From assembly GCA_040757775.1 (NCBI GenBank), contig JBFLWQ010000007.1, positions 1,728 through 65,727 of the forward strand: DNA of 64,000 nucleotides. Reading direction: 5' to 3'. This document shows positions 54,866 to 64,000 of this stretch, piece after piece (the first letter of the stretch is position 1; every line of letters begins with the position of its first letter). The notes below the pieces were generated by a model that was given only the letters and a program-made list of their open reading frames with translations, made no database searches and had not been told where the DNA came from. Origin of the DNA: Thermodesulfobacteriota bacterium. GTDB taxonomy: Bacteria > Desulfobacterota > UBA8473. Both the position numbers and the translations under genes were made by a program.

Positions 54866-55387
54866 ATGAAAGAAGATATGAGGGGGAAAAATCCGTTGGT
54901 TTCCATTGTTCTGGGCAGTGATTCCGATTTGCCTATTATGGAGGAAGCCAGAAAGGTTTTGGAAAATCTGGGCATAGAGTATGAGCTGACCATTTCTTCT
55001 GCCCATCGTTCTCCAGAGAGGACGGTGAAATACGCTAAATCTGCTATCAAAAAAGGGGTTGAGGTGATTATAGCCGCTGCTGGCGGGGCTGCACACTTAG
55101 CAGGGGTAATTGCTGCAGAGACGGTCTTACCGGTAATTGGTGTCCCTATTGATTCATCTTCTCTAAAGGGTTTAGACGCACTGCTCTCGACAGCCCAGAT
55201 GCCCGGAGGTGTGCCTGTTGCTACCATGGCTATTGGAAAAGCAGGAGCAAAGAATGCAGCAATCCTCGCTGCTCAGATATTGGGTGTGAAGTACTCTAAA
55301 ATTAGAGACGAGTTGAAGAGGTATAAAAGAGAACTGGCATTTGAAGTGGAAAAGAAGGCACAAAAGCTAGAAAACCAGGTAAGATAA
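54866..55387 (+). CDS. purE: N5-carboxyaminoimidazole ribonucleotide mutase
   Basis: PLVSIVLGSDSDLPIM and AAGGAAHLAG motifs. Confidence 0.9.
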   Translation: MKEDMRGKNPLVSIVLGSDSDLPIMEEARKVLENLGIEYELTISSAHRSPERTVKYAKSAIKKGVEVIIAAAGGAAHLAGVIAAETVLPVIGVPIDSSSLKGLDALLSTAQMPGGVPVATMAIGKAGAKNAAILAAQILGVKYSKIRDELKRYKRELAFEVEKKAQKLENQVR

Positions 55388-55422
55388 AATCTCCTCTTTG
55401 CTAAGGGTTTTTTCAGTGTGAA

Positions 55423-56253
55423 CTACCTAATCTTCTCATTGGGCAGAGTTATAGACACTACTTGCCCTGAATTTCCGAGCTTACCCAGGGCTTTTCCGTT
55501 ATAGAAAAGATCAATTCCTCCAGCGTTCCCGATGAATAATTTGAGTGTATGAAGGGCATTCCATGTTAATTTTTCCCCTGGCTTCAGGATAACTTCAAAA
55601 GGCGGTTTATCATCGATTTGAACCCTTAACCAGGTTGTTTCAGAAGTTTTTGCCAGGAGGGTTTTTTCTCCCTCTTTTTGAGATTCGGCCTTTTTCTTCT
55701 CTGATATTAATGGTTCTCTCCCATCGGACAATGAGATAGTTGATCCAGGTTCTTTCGGCGGTTTATCCGCTGTTACCACCCTCTCCGCTGTCTCTTCGGG
55801 CAAAGGGAGCTGAACCATCGTTTCTTCAGGTGGCACAGGAGGTACCAGCGATGGTTTAGAAATAACATCTGTACGGGTTTTAATCTCCTCTTTTTTGTCG
55901 AGGTAAAGATAAAAAAACAGAAAAACAATTAAGATTATTGCTAATGGAGAAATGATAAGTAATCGTTTGGACAAAGGGGGTTTTTCTGGGGGGGGAGCAA
56001 TCTCTTTGACCTTTTTCAGGTTATTTAAATAACTCTTATATTGCAGAACGACCTCGTCCTTATCCAATCCCACATAACTTGCATATGCCTTTAAGAATCC
56101 TATGACAAAAACTTCCGCAGGCAACTTGTCTGTGTCATCACTCTCTATAGCCTCCAGGAAGACCTTTCTTATCCTCGTAGCTGCTGAAATCTCTTCAAGG
56201 GAAACAGACCTTGATTCTCTCTTTTTCCTGAGATATTCTCCAAAAGAGTCCAT
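55423..56253 (-). CDS. rodZ: RodZ-like cytoskeleton protein (HTH + TM + DUF4115)
   Basis: N-terminal XRE-type HTH FGEYLRKKRESRSVSLEEISAATRI, a central TM helix, and a C-terminal DUF4115-like beta domain. Confidence 0.7.
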   Translation of the reverse strand: MDSFGEYLRKKRESRSVSLEEISAATRIRKVFLEAIESDDTDKLPAEVFVIGFLKAYASYVGLDKDEVVLQYKSYLNNLKKVKEIAPPPEKPPLSKRLLIISPLAIILIVFLFFYLYLDKKEEIKTRTDVISKPSLVPPVPPEETMVQLPLPEETAERVVTADKPPKEPGSTISLSDGREPLISEKKKAESQKEGEKTLLAKTSETTWLRVQIDDKPPFEVILKPGEKLTWNALHTLKLFIGNAGGIDLFYNGKALGKLGNSGQVVSITLPNEKIR

Positions 56254-56392
56254 GTTGCTCCAAATAATATCTGTTTATAAACTGCCCGGAGGCAATCTTT
56301 GTTTGACCAACTGTTTTTTAACACATATTAAAAATTCTTGCAATAAAAAGATTTTGATACAAATTTGAACATATCTCTCCTTCGGTGCAGAC

Positions 56393-56452
56393 TTGTAGGG
56401 GTTCGATTTATCGAACCCGCAATGACGGGCGTCATAAATGCCGCCCCTACAA
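56393..56452. repeat. Structured ~60-bp element with nested hairpins: outer TGTAGGGG/CCCCTACA, inner GGGTTCGAT-TT-ATCGAACCC, and GGGCG-N10-CGCCC
   Basis: Read directly from the divergent rodZ/mreB intergenic region. Shares the CGCAATGAC segment with the R-element. Confidence 0.5.
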
Positions 56453-56620
56453 ATACGTGAAAAGGAAATTCCTATACAACAAATTAATTTATCGCTTGAT
56501 ATAAGACATATTATCTGATATATTCCCACCCCATTATTAACTTACCTTAAATTCGATTTAATTCTTTCTCTTCCTGTGAGAAGAATTGTTGAATTTCCTA
56601 AAATTAGAAGGGAGAATTAG

Positions 56621-57661
<1,041 letters not shown>

Positions 57662-57686
57662 CATAAAAAATTTAATAAGGGGAACG

Positions 57687-58520
57687 ATGCTTTCTATCTT
57701 CAGGAGATACCGAGTAATAGTAATCGCTGTCTCTCTTTGTATAGTTTCCATACTCCTTATCTCCCTAAATATTAAAGAAAGGAAGAAGCCCCATCTTTTT
57801 CAAAAGATTATTTTCGAGGTCTCTTCACCTTTTCAAAAGACAATTCAGTCAACTGTAGGGGGTGTAAAAACCCTGTGGGGCAATTATATCTTCCTTGTAA
57901 ACCTTAAAAAAGAAAATACCGCTTTAAGCAAAACCATTAATGCCTTGAAAGAAGAGAACCTTCGTTTAAGGGAAGCGGCTATTGCCAACATGCGGTTAAG
58001 AAAACTCCTCCTCTTTAAAGATGAGTTCAGGAGCCCGATGGTTCCTGCAGAGGTAATTAGTGAGGATCCTTCCAGTTGGTTTAAAACCATCATTCTCGAT
58101 AAGGGCAGCAAGGATGGTATTGAAAAAAAGATGGCGGTAGTAACCTCGGAGGGAATGGTTGGGCGTGTCATAGGGGTTTACAGGTCTGTCTCCAAGGTTC
58201 TGTTGTCAACAGATCACAGCAGCGCTATTGATGTTATGGTACAAAGGACCAGAGCTAAAGGAATCCTTGAAGGAATGGTAAATCAGACATGTCAGTTAAA
58301 GTATGTCTCTCGTGCCGATGATGTAAGAATAGGAGATGATATTATATCTTCTGGTTTAGGCGGAATATTCCCAAAAGGGCTGCTTCTAGGAAGGGTGAGC
58401 AAAATAAAAAAGGAAGGTTCTGGGTTGTTCCAATATATTGAGGTGACTCCCAGTGTAGACTTTACTAAACTTGAAGAGGTCTTCATAGTAGTCGGAGATA
58501 AATCCGCATTGACGAAATAA
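57687..58520 (+). CDS. mreC: Rod shape-determining protein MreC
   Basis: TM + coiled coil + MreC beta domains; follows mreB. Confidence 0.9.
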   Translation: MLSIFRRYRVIVIAVSLCIVSILLISLNIKERKKPHLFQKIIFEVSSPFQKTIQSTVGGVKTLWGNYIFLVNLKKENTALSKTINALKEENLRLREAAIANMRLRKLLLFKDEFRSPMVPAEVISEDPSSWFKTIILDKGSKDGIEKKMAVVTSEGMVGRVIGVYRSVSKVLLSTDHSSAIDVMVQRTRAKGILEGMVNQTCQLKYVSRADDVRIGDDIISSGLGGIFPKGLLLGRVSKIKKEGSGLFQYIEVTPSVDFTKLEEVFIVVGDKSALTK

Positions 58521-58660
58521 GTCAAAGTGGTTTTCTTTTCTTTATTACTCTCGAATCCTGGAATCCTCGAACCCTTGCGGCGCAAAAGATTAAAATGAAG
58601 TTTTCGCCTAAGGGCTAGGGTCCTTCTTCCATTCCCTAATGGGAATAATAAAGGTTAGGT

Positions 58661-59152
58661 ATGGGGGGGTTTTTTGGCTTCTTATTGTTAGGAATAGTTT
58701 TTTTAAGCTTACAAACTACAATTTTGAACTTTTCCCCCCATATTCCCGTTAAGCCGGACCTTATTATAATAATGGTAGCCTATCTCGGGATATTTCAGGG
58801 GCCAGTGAGAGGTATATTTCTTGCTGCCATCTTGGGCTATCTTACGGATACTCTTTCTGGGGGAATAACAGGGTTGTTCACCTTTCTAAGGATTCTAACT
58901 TTCGTTCTAACAAAACTGGCATGTGAAAATCTTTATCTCAAAAGTGCCCTTTCTCAAACAATACTAATAATAATGCTGAGTATTATTGATGGAATCCTCT
59001 TGCTTTTAACCCTGTATGTATTCAGCTCTGTTGAGAATCTATGGATTTTTGTCGCAAGGGTTCTTCCTATTCAAGCTATCTTAACTGGTATATTCGGCCC
59101 GCTGATATTCTTAATATTGAACAAAACAGGATTATTGTTTGAGCCTCGATGA
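58661..59152 (+). CDS. mreD: Rod shape-determining protein MreD
   Basis: Polytopic 163-aa membrane protein after mreC. Confidence 0.8.
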   Translation: MGGFFGFLLLGIVFLSLQTTILNFSPHIPVKPDLIIIMVAYLGIFQGPVRGIFLAAILGYLTDTLSGGITGLFTFLRILTFVLTKLACENLYLKSALSQTILIIMLSIIDGILLLLTLYVFSSVENLWIFVARVLPIQAILTGIFGPLIFLILNKTGLLFEPR

Positions 59153-59241
59153 ATAGCATGTTCTTTGAAGTCTCTATTTTGCCCATCTTTTATCCATCAA
59201 AGGGAAGAGAAAAAAGGTTCACCTTATAACTACAATCAGCA

Positions 59242-61080
59242 ATGTTACTGTATGATAAAGACAATAAAAAAGAATTCGAAAAAAGGCTGTTTTTTTCTAT
59301 TGTGTTCGCAATAGTTGCCTTTGTTATCATCCTCTCTAGACTATGGCACCTACAAATACTCCAAGGAAAAAAATTTAAAAGCCTTTCTGAAAATAACCGA
59401 ATAAGAATTGTTAAAATACCCGCCCCAAGAGGGATTATATTCGACCGAAAGGGTAGGGTTCTGGTAGAGAACTACCCTTCCTTTGATCTATCCATAATAC
59501 CCGAGGATGTTAATGGCCTAGAAAGGACAATAAAAGAACTAAGTGGCTTATTAAACGTAAAGGCTGAATTGTTTGAGGCGAAGTTAAAAGAGTCTCAGGG
59601 CAACCCTCCATTTAAGCCTATAAAGGTAAAAACGAACCTTGATTATAGAGAGGTGGCTATTGTTGAAACAAACAAACTGGATCTCCCTGGAATAACAATT
59701 GAAATAGAGCCCAAGCGTCTTTACATATTTGGCAAATTAGCAGCTCATCTTATTGGATACATGGGGAAAATCAGCGAGTCTCAATTGAAAACAAGGGTTT
59801 CGTCTGGATATAACATGGTGGACTTAATAGGAAAATACGGTATAGAGCATGATTATGAACCCGTTTTAAGGGGAAGTAACGGAGGAGCTCAGGTTGAAGT
59901 TGACGCTGTTGGGAGAAAAGTAAGGGTTTTACGTGAACTGGAACCAACTCCTGGTGAAAACATATTCTTAACTGTTGAATTAGACATTCAAAAACTTGCA
60001 GAAAAAGCTCTCTCTGATATGATAGGTACTGTTATAGTAATGGACCCAAATACTGGGGATATTCTTGCATTGGCTAGCAGTCCTTCCTTCAATCCAAATA
60101 TGTTCTCTCCAGGAATCTCTTCGAAAGATTGGGAGGCTCTCGTAACTAATCCTTATAATCCGTTAGCAAACAAGGCTATTCAAGGACAATATCCGCCAGG
60201 TTCCGTATACAAGATTATTACCGCCATAGCAGGTCTTGAGGAGAAAGTTATTACGCCAGAAACCATCTTTTACTGTGACGGCTCCTACAGATTCGGCAGG
60301 CGACCATACAGGTGCTGGCAAAAGAAAGGACACGGGAGGGTTAATCTCCACCGGGCATTGGTGGAGTCTTGTGATGTTTACTTTTACCAGGTGGGACAAA
60401 GACTGGGAGTGGACAGAATAGCATATTATTCCTCTTTGTTTGGTCTTGGCAAACCAACTAGTATTTCTCGCACAAACGAAAAACGGGGGCTGATCCCAAC
60501 ACGCTTATGGAAATTAGAAACTCTAAAATCTCCCTGGCGAGAAAGCGAAACCTTGTCTACAGCAATTGGACAGGGTTTTGTTCTGGTTACACCCCTTCAA
60601 ATCTTAAATTTAATATCCTCCATAGCTAACGGAGGCGTACTGTATCGCCCACAGATAGTAAAAAAAATCGGGTCCCCGGGAGGAAACATTATCAAGGAAT
60701 TCTTTCCCGAAAAGATGAAAAAAATTCACGTTGCTGACAACAGTATTAATTTAATAAAAGATGCTCTTTGGGGAGTGGTTAATGAACGCCTCGGCACTGG
60801 ATGGAGGGCCAGAATAGAAGGGGCTAATGTTGCGGGAAAGACAGGAACCGCCCAAGTAGTAGGATTGCCAACGGGGGTGGATGAGTTAAAAAAATTTGTT
60901 CCTTTTGAGCACAGAGACCATGCCTGGTTTGCCGCTTTTGCCCCAAAAGACAGACCCAAAATGGCTATTGTGGTGCTACTGGAACATGGAGGGCATGGGG
61001 GTAATAAGGCTGCACAAATTGCCGGGGACATTATAAAAGGAGCCCTTAAAATTCTAAATGACGACGATTCCTCTTTTTAA
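59242..61080 (+). CDS. mrdA: Penicillin-binding protein 2 (peptidoglycan D,D-transpeptidase MrdA)
   Basis: SVYK (SxxK), SCD (SxN-like) and KTGTA motifs; 612 aa. Confidence 0.92.
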   Translation: MLLYDKDNKKEFEKRLFFSIVFAIVAFVIILSRLWHLQILQGKKFKSLSENNRIRIVKIPAPRGIIFDRKGRVLVENYPSFDLSIIPEDVNGLERTIKELSGLLNVKAELFEAKLKESQGNPPFKPIKVKTNLDYREVAIVETNKLDLPGITIEIEPKRLYIFGKLAAHLIGYMGKISESQLKTRVSSGYNMVDLIGKYGIEHDYEPVLRGSNGGAQVEVDAVGRKVRVLRELEPTPGENIFLTVELDIQKLAEKALSDMIGTVIVMDPNTGDILALASSPSFNPNMFSPGISSKDWEALVTNPYNPLANKAIQGQYPPGSVYKIITAIAGLEEKVITPETIFYCDGSYRFGRRPYRCWQKKGHGRVNLHRALVESCDVYFYQVGQRLGVDRIAYYSSLFGLGKPTSISRTNEKRGLIPTRLWKLETLKSPWRESETLSTAIGQGFVLVTPLQILNLISSIANGGVLYRPQIVKKIGSPGGNIIKEFFPEKMKKIHVADNSINLIKDALWGVVNERLGTGWRARIEGANVAGKTGTAQVVGLPTGVDELKKFVPFEHRDHAWFAAFAPKDRPKMAIVVLLEHGGHGGNKAAQIAGDIIKGALKILNDDDSSF

Positions 61081-61095
61081 GGTAAAAAATTCTTT

Positions 61096-62199
61096 ATGAA
61101 ATTTGATCGAAGGTTAGTCTTAAATTTTGACTGGTTTCTTCTTTTTATAACGATACTTATTGCTACTATTGGAGTAGTTAACATCTATAGTGCAACTTTT
61201 GCCGTAAAAGAACCTGATGGAATGCCTGTCTATCTAAAACAGATATGCTGGATTCTTGTGGGAATCTTTGCAATGTTTCTCTCTTTCTGTGTAGATTACC
61301 GTTTGTTGGAACGCTCTGCCTATCCTTTGTTTGTAGTGGCTGTCTTATTGCTAATCTTGGTAATTCCTTTTGGCAAAAGTGTTGCCGGATCAAGAAGATG
61401 GCTTCAACTTGGGGTTTTTTCACTACAACCGTCGGAGTTTCTTAAAATCGCTCTAATATTTATACTATCAAAGTACTTTAATAAATATCATGGTTATAGC
61501 CCGGGGGCAATTCGTGGTTTTCTTGTTCCCTTTCTTATTCTGGCATTACCGGTTATCCTTGTTCTTCTTCAACCAGATTTAGGAACAGCTCTTATTATTA
61601 TATTGATCTTTCTATCTCTCTTATTGTTCAATGGAATAAAGATAAAAAATATTCTAATAATGTCCTCGGTTTTTTTAGCAGGGCTTCCTCTGTTTTGGCA
61701 CTGTTTAAAAAATTATCAAAAAATGAGAATATTAACCTTTATTAATCCGGATCTCGATCCCCTAGGTTCTGGCTATCATATAATTCAATCAAAGATTGCT
61801 ATAGGTTCCGGGGCATTTTGGGGAAAGGGATTTTTAAAAGGAACCCAAAGCCAGTTACTTTTCCTTCCTGAACAACATACTGATTTTGTTTTCTCGGTTT
61901 TTGCAGAAGAATGGGGGTTTGTCGGGGCTCTTATTGTAGTGTTTCTATATTTACTTGTTGTGCTTTGGGGCTTACGAATAGCTGCTCATTCAAGAGAGGA
62001 TTTTTGTGCCTTTTTGACCTTTGGCATAGCCTCTATGTTCTTCTGGCAGATATTCATTAATATAGGCATGTCTGTGGGTATTATACCCGTTGTTGGCGTT
62101 CCATTACCTCTTATGAGTTATGGAGGGTCATCTACTATATCATTTCTGCTTGGGATTGGTATACTTATCAATATTAGTACAAGAAGATTCTTGTTTTAA
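61096..62199 (+). CDS. rodA: Peptidoglycan glycosyltransferase RodA (SEDS family)
   Basis: SEDS-family polytopic membrane protein following mrdA. Confidence 0.9.
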   Translation: MKFDRRLVLNFDWFLLFITILIATIGVVNIYSATFAVKEPDGMPVYLKQICWILVGIFAMFLSFCVDYRLLERSAYPLFVVAVLLLILVIPFGKSVAGSRRWLQLGVFSLQPSEFLKIALIFILSKYFNKYHGYSPGAIRGFLVPFLILALPVILVLLQPDLGTALIIILIFLSLLLFNGIKIKNILIMSSVFLAGLPLFWHCLKNYQKMRILTFINPDLDPLGSGYHIIQSKIAIGSGAFWGKGFLKGTQSQLLFLPEQHTDFVFSVFAEEWGFVGALIVVFLYLLVVLWGLRIAAHSREDFCAFLTFGIASMFFWQIFINIGMSVGIIPVVGVPLPLMSYGGSSTISFLLGIGILINISTRRFLF

Positions 62200-62343
62200 T
62201 TCGTCTATATAAAAAGCCTTTAGTAAAATTTTAAATAATTAATTCTTGATAAATGAATTCCTTTTGTTTATTATACCAATATCGTGTTTTAAAATCTATT
62301 AACAGGTGTTGATAAACCTGTGGAAAAATAGGTTTTTATTTTT

Positions 62344-63669
62344 ATGGATATTTGGCAGGGCGTATTAGAAACAATAGAAAAAATTGTTGATCCCCGTACT
62401 TTTGAAAATTGGTTTATGCCCATCAAATTAATTTCCATGAATCAGGAAACCATAGAAATAGAAGTACCAAATAAATTCTTTAAGGATTGGTTTTCTGAAA
62501 ACTACCTGCCCCTTATAAAAAATGCTGTATTCACTTTTACTAATAGAGAATACATCTTCAAGTTTTCTTGCTCTAAGCAAAAAAAGGGGGCTCGTCCCCA
62601 TAATTATAATAAGTCTATAGCAACAAAGATATCCCCCCTCCTGCGCGGCTCGTCAATAGGAGATCCGCTAAACCAAAACTATTCATTTGAAAACTTTGTG
62701 GTTGGGAACAGCAATCAATTTGCTCATGCTGCCTCTCTTGCTGTAGCAACTAATCCAGCAAGGGCGTATAATCCTCTTTTTATTTATGGAGGAGTCGGTC
62801 TTGGAAAAACTCATTTGTTAAATGCTATAGGGAATTTTATAACAAATAAATCTATACAAATATGCTATGTAAGTTCAGAAAATTTTATGAATGAGTTGAT
62901 TAATTCTATCCGATATGATAGGATGGCAACTTTTAGGGAAAAATTTAGGGGCATAGAGGTTTTGCTTATTGACGACATTCAGTTTATAGCAGGGAAAGAA
63001 AGAACGCAGGAAGAGTTTTTTCATACCTTTAACTCTCTCTATGAATCTCAAAAACAAATAGTTGTAACAAGCGATAAGTTTCCAAAAGAAATTCCATATT
63101 TAGAAGAACGGCTTCGTTCTAGATTCGAGTGGGGGCTTATTGCTGATATACAACCACCAGAAACAGAGACAAAGATTGCAATTTTAAAAAATAAGGCGTA
63201 CTACAATAATATACCGCTTCCTGATGATGTAGCTTTTTTTCTTGCAGAAAACATAAAGTCTAACATTAGAGAACTAGAGGGGTCCCTTATAAGAATAGGT
63301 GCCTTTGCTTCTCTAACTGAAAGTGAAATAAATTTAAACATTGCAAAGGAGGTTTTAAAAGAAATAATTTCAAACAAGAACAAAGAAGTCAGTATTGATG
63401 CTATACAAAAAGCAGTTGCTTACTTTTTTAAGATCAGGGTCTCTGATTTAAATTCTAATAAAAAACTAAAGATATTTACACTACCAAGACAAATAGCAAT
63501 GTATTTATCAAGAAAACTCACCAATCTTTCTTTTCCCGAGATTGGGATCTCTTTTGGAGGAAAAGATCATTCAACAGTAATTTATTCTGTAAATAAAATA
63601 GGTAAACAGATCGAGTCTGATAGCTTAATAAAAGAAGCTGTTAATTCTATTAAAGCTAAAATAGAGTAA
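62344..63669 (+). CDS. dnaA: Chromosomal replication initiator DnaA
   Basis: AAA+ Walker A GGVGLGKTHLL; the C-terminal DNA-binding domain carries the DnaA signature. Confidence 0.97.
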   Translation: MDIWQGVLETIEKIVDPRTFENWFMPIKLISMNQETIEIEVPNKFFKDWFSENYLPLIKNAVFTFTNREYIFKFSCSKQKKGARPHNYNKSIATKISPLLRGSSIGDPLNQNYSFENFVVGNSNQFAHAASLAVATNPARAYNPLFIYGGVGLGKTHLLNAIGNFITNKSIQICYVSSENFMNELINSIRYDRMATFREKFRGIEVLLIDDIQFIAGKERTQEEFFHTFNSLYESQKQIVVTSDKFPKEIPYLEERLRSRFEWGLIADIQPPETETKIAILKNKAYYNNIPLPDDVAFFLAENIKSNIRELEGSLIRIGAFASLTESEINLNIAKEVLKEIISNKNKEVSIDAIQKAVAYFFKIRVSDLNSNKKLKIFTLPRQIAMYLSRKLTNLSFPEIGISFGGKDHSTVIYSVNKIGKQIESDSLIKEAVNSIKAKIE

Positions 63670-63821
63670 TTGTATTTCTACAACAGCGAATAATTTTTTC
63701 CTTTTATTATCAACAAAAAAAATAATGTAATTCCTGGCTGTTAGCTTTCTTATTAACAAACCCACAGTAACTACTACTATTACTGTTATATAGTTAAAGT
63801 AGTAATAATAGGGTATTAAAA

Positions 63822-64000
63822 ATGGAACTCATAATCAAAAGAGAAGATTTATTAAAGGTTCTTTTAAAAACTCAAGGCATTATCGAAAAAAGAAATGTAA
63901 TGTCTATATTAGAAAATGTTCTGATGGATGTGAAAACAGATAGGGTGGATTACTCTGCAACAAATCTGGAAATTGGAATATATGGTAGTTGTGAAATTGA
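63822..64000 (+). CDS. dnaN: DNA polymerase III beta sliding clamp, N-terminal part (continues past window end)
   Basis: MELIIKREDLLKVLLKTQGIIEKRNVMSILENVLMDV... is the typical DnaN N-terminus. Open to the window end. Confidence 0.85.
   Translation, partial: MELIIKREDLLKVLLKTQGIIEKRNVMSILENVLMDVKTDRVDYSATNLEIGIYGSCEI

Noticed and set aside
56397-56417. GGGTTCGAT..ATCGAACCC considered as a tRNA T-arm
   Set aside because: No acceptor stem, D-arm or anticodon arm can be built around it; it is a simple perfect hairpin.

Overview
Reading note: everything below comes from reading the sequence and the ORF track by eye; no searches or computations were run. Coordinates of features that are not in the ORF track (repeats, hairpins, sub-60-aa ORFs) are hand-counted and may be off by a few bases.

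This 64-kb window is an origin-proximal stretch of a moderate/low-GC bacterial chromosome. Conserved housekeeping blocks run in this order: yidC(partial)-jag-mnmE, radC, rsmG-parA-parB-gyrB-gyrA-gpsA, a giant fused CoA-enzyme activase/dehydratase, ahbAB-like + hemL, eno-rsmI, pilT-pilU, alr-mlaEFD, purHDE, rodZ / mreBCD-mrdA-rodA, dnaA-dnaN(partial). Between these blocks sit accessory material and small repeat elements.

Accessory segments:
- 3.9-13.1 kb island: a HEPN-motif protein, a PIN-like protein, a DUF2939-like protein, a T5orf172/GIY-YIG fusion, two unknown ORFs bracketed by a repeated ~26-bp motif, mazEF, and a GC-rich ECF-sigma + arsM cassette.
- 38.1-44.2 kb island: a decayed vapBC, an HNH nuclease + McrB-like GTPase (with a compositionally foreign N-terminal domain) + McrC-like PD-(D/E)xK nuclease, and a scrambled MTH1187/yhcG locus.

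The most unusual signals lie outside the genes. A ~215-bp element with terminal inverted repeats (MITE-like) occurs in two full copies plus one remnant. A second ~100-bp element with a perfect 20-26-bp palindrome and a covarying hairpin supplies the 5'UTR and the first ~5 codons of two unrelated genes (rsmG and amrS), with a related inverted copy before mlaF. No rRNA, tRNA or CRISPR array was found.
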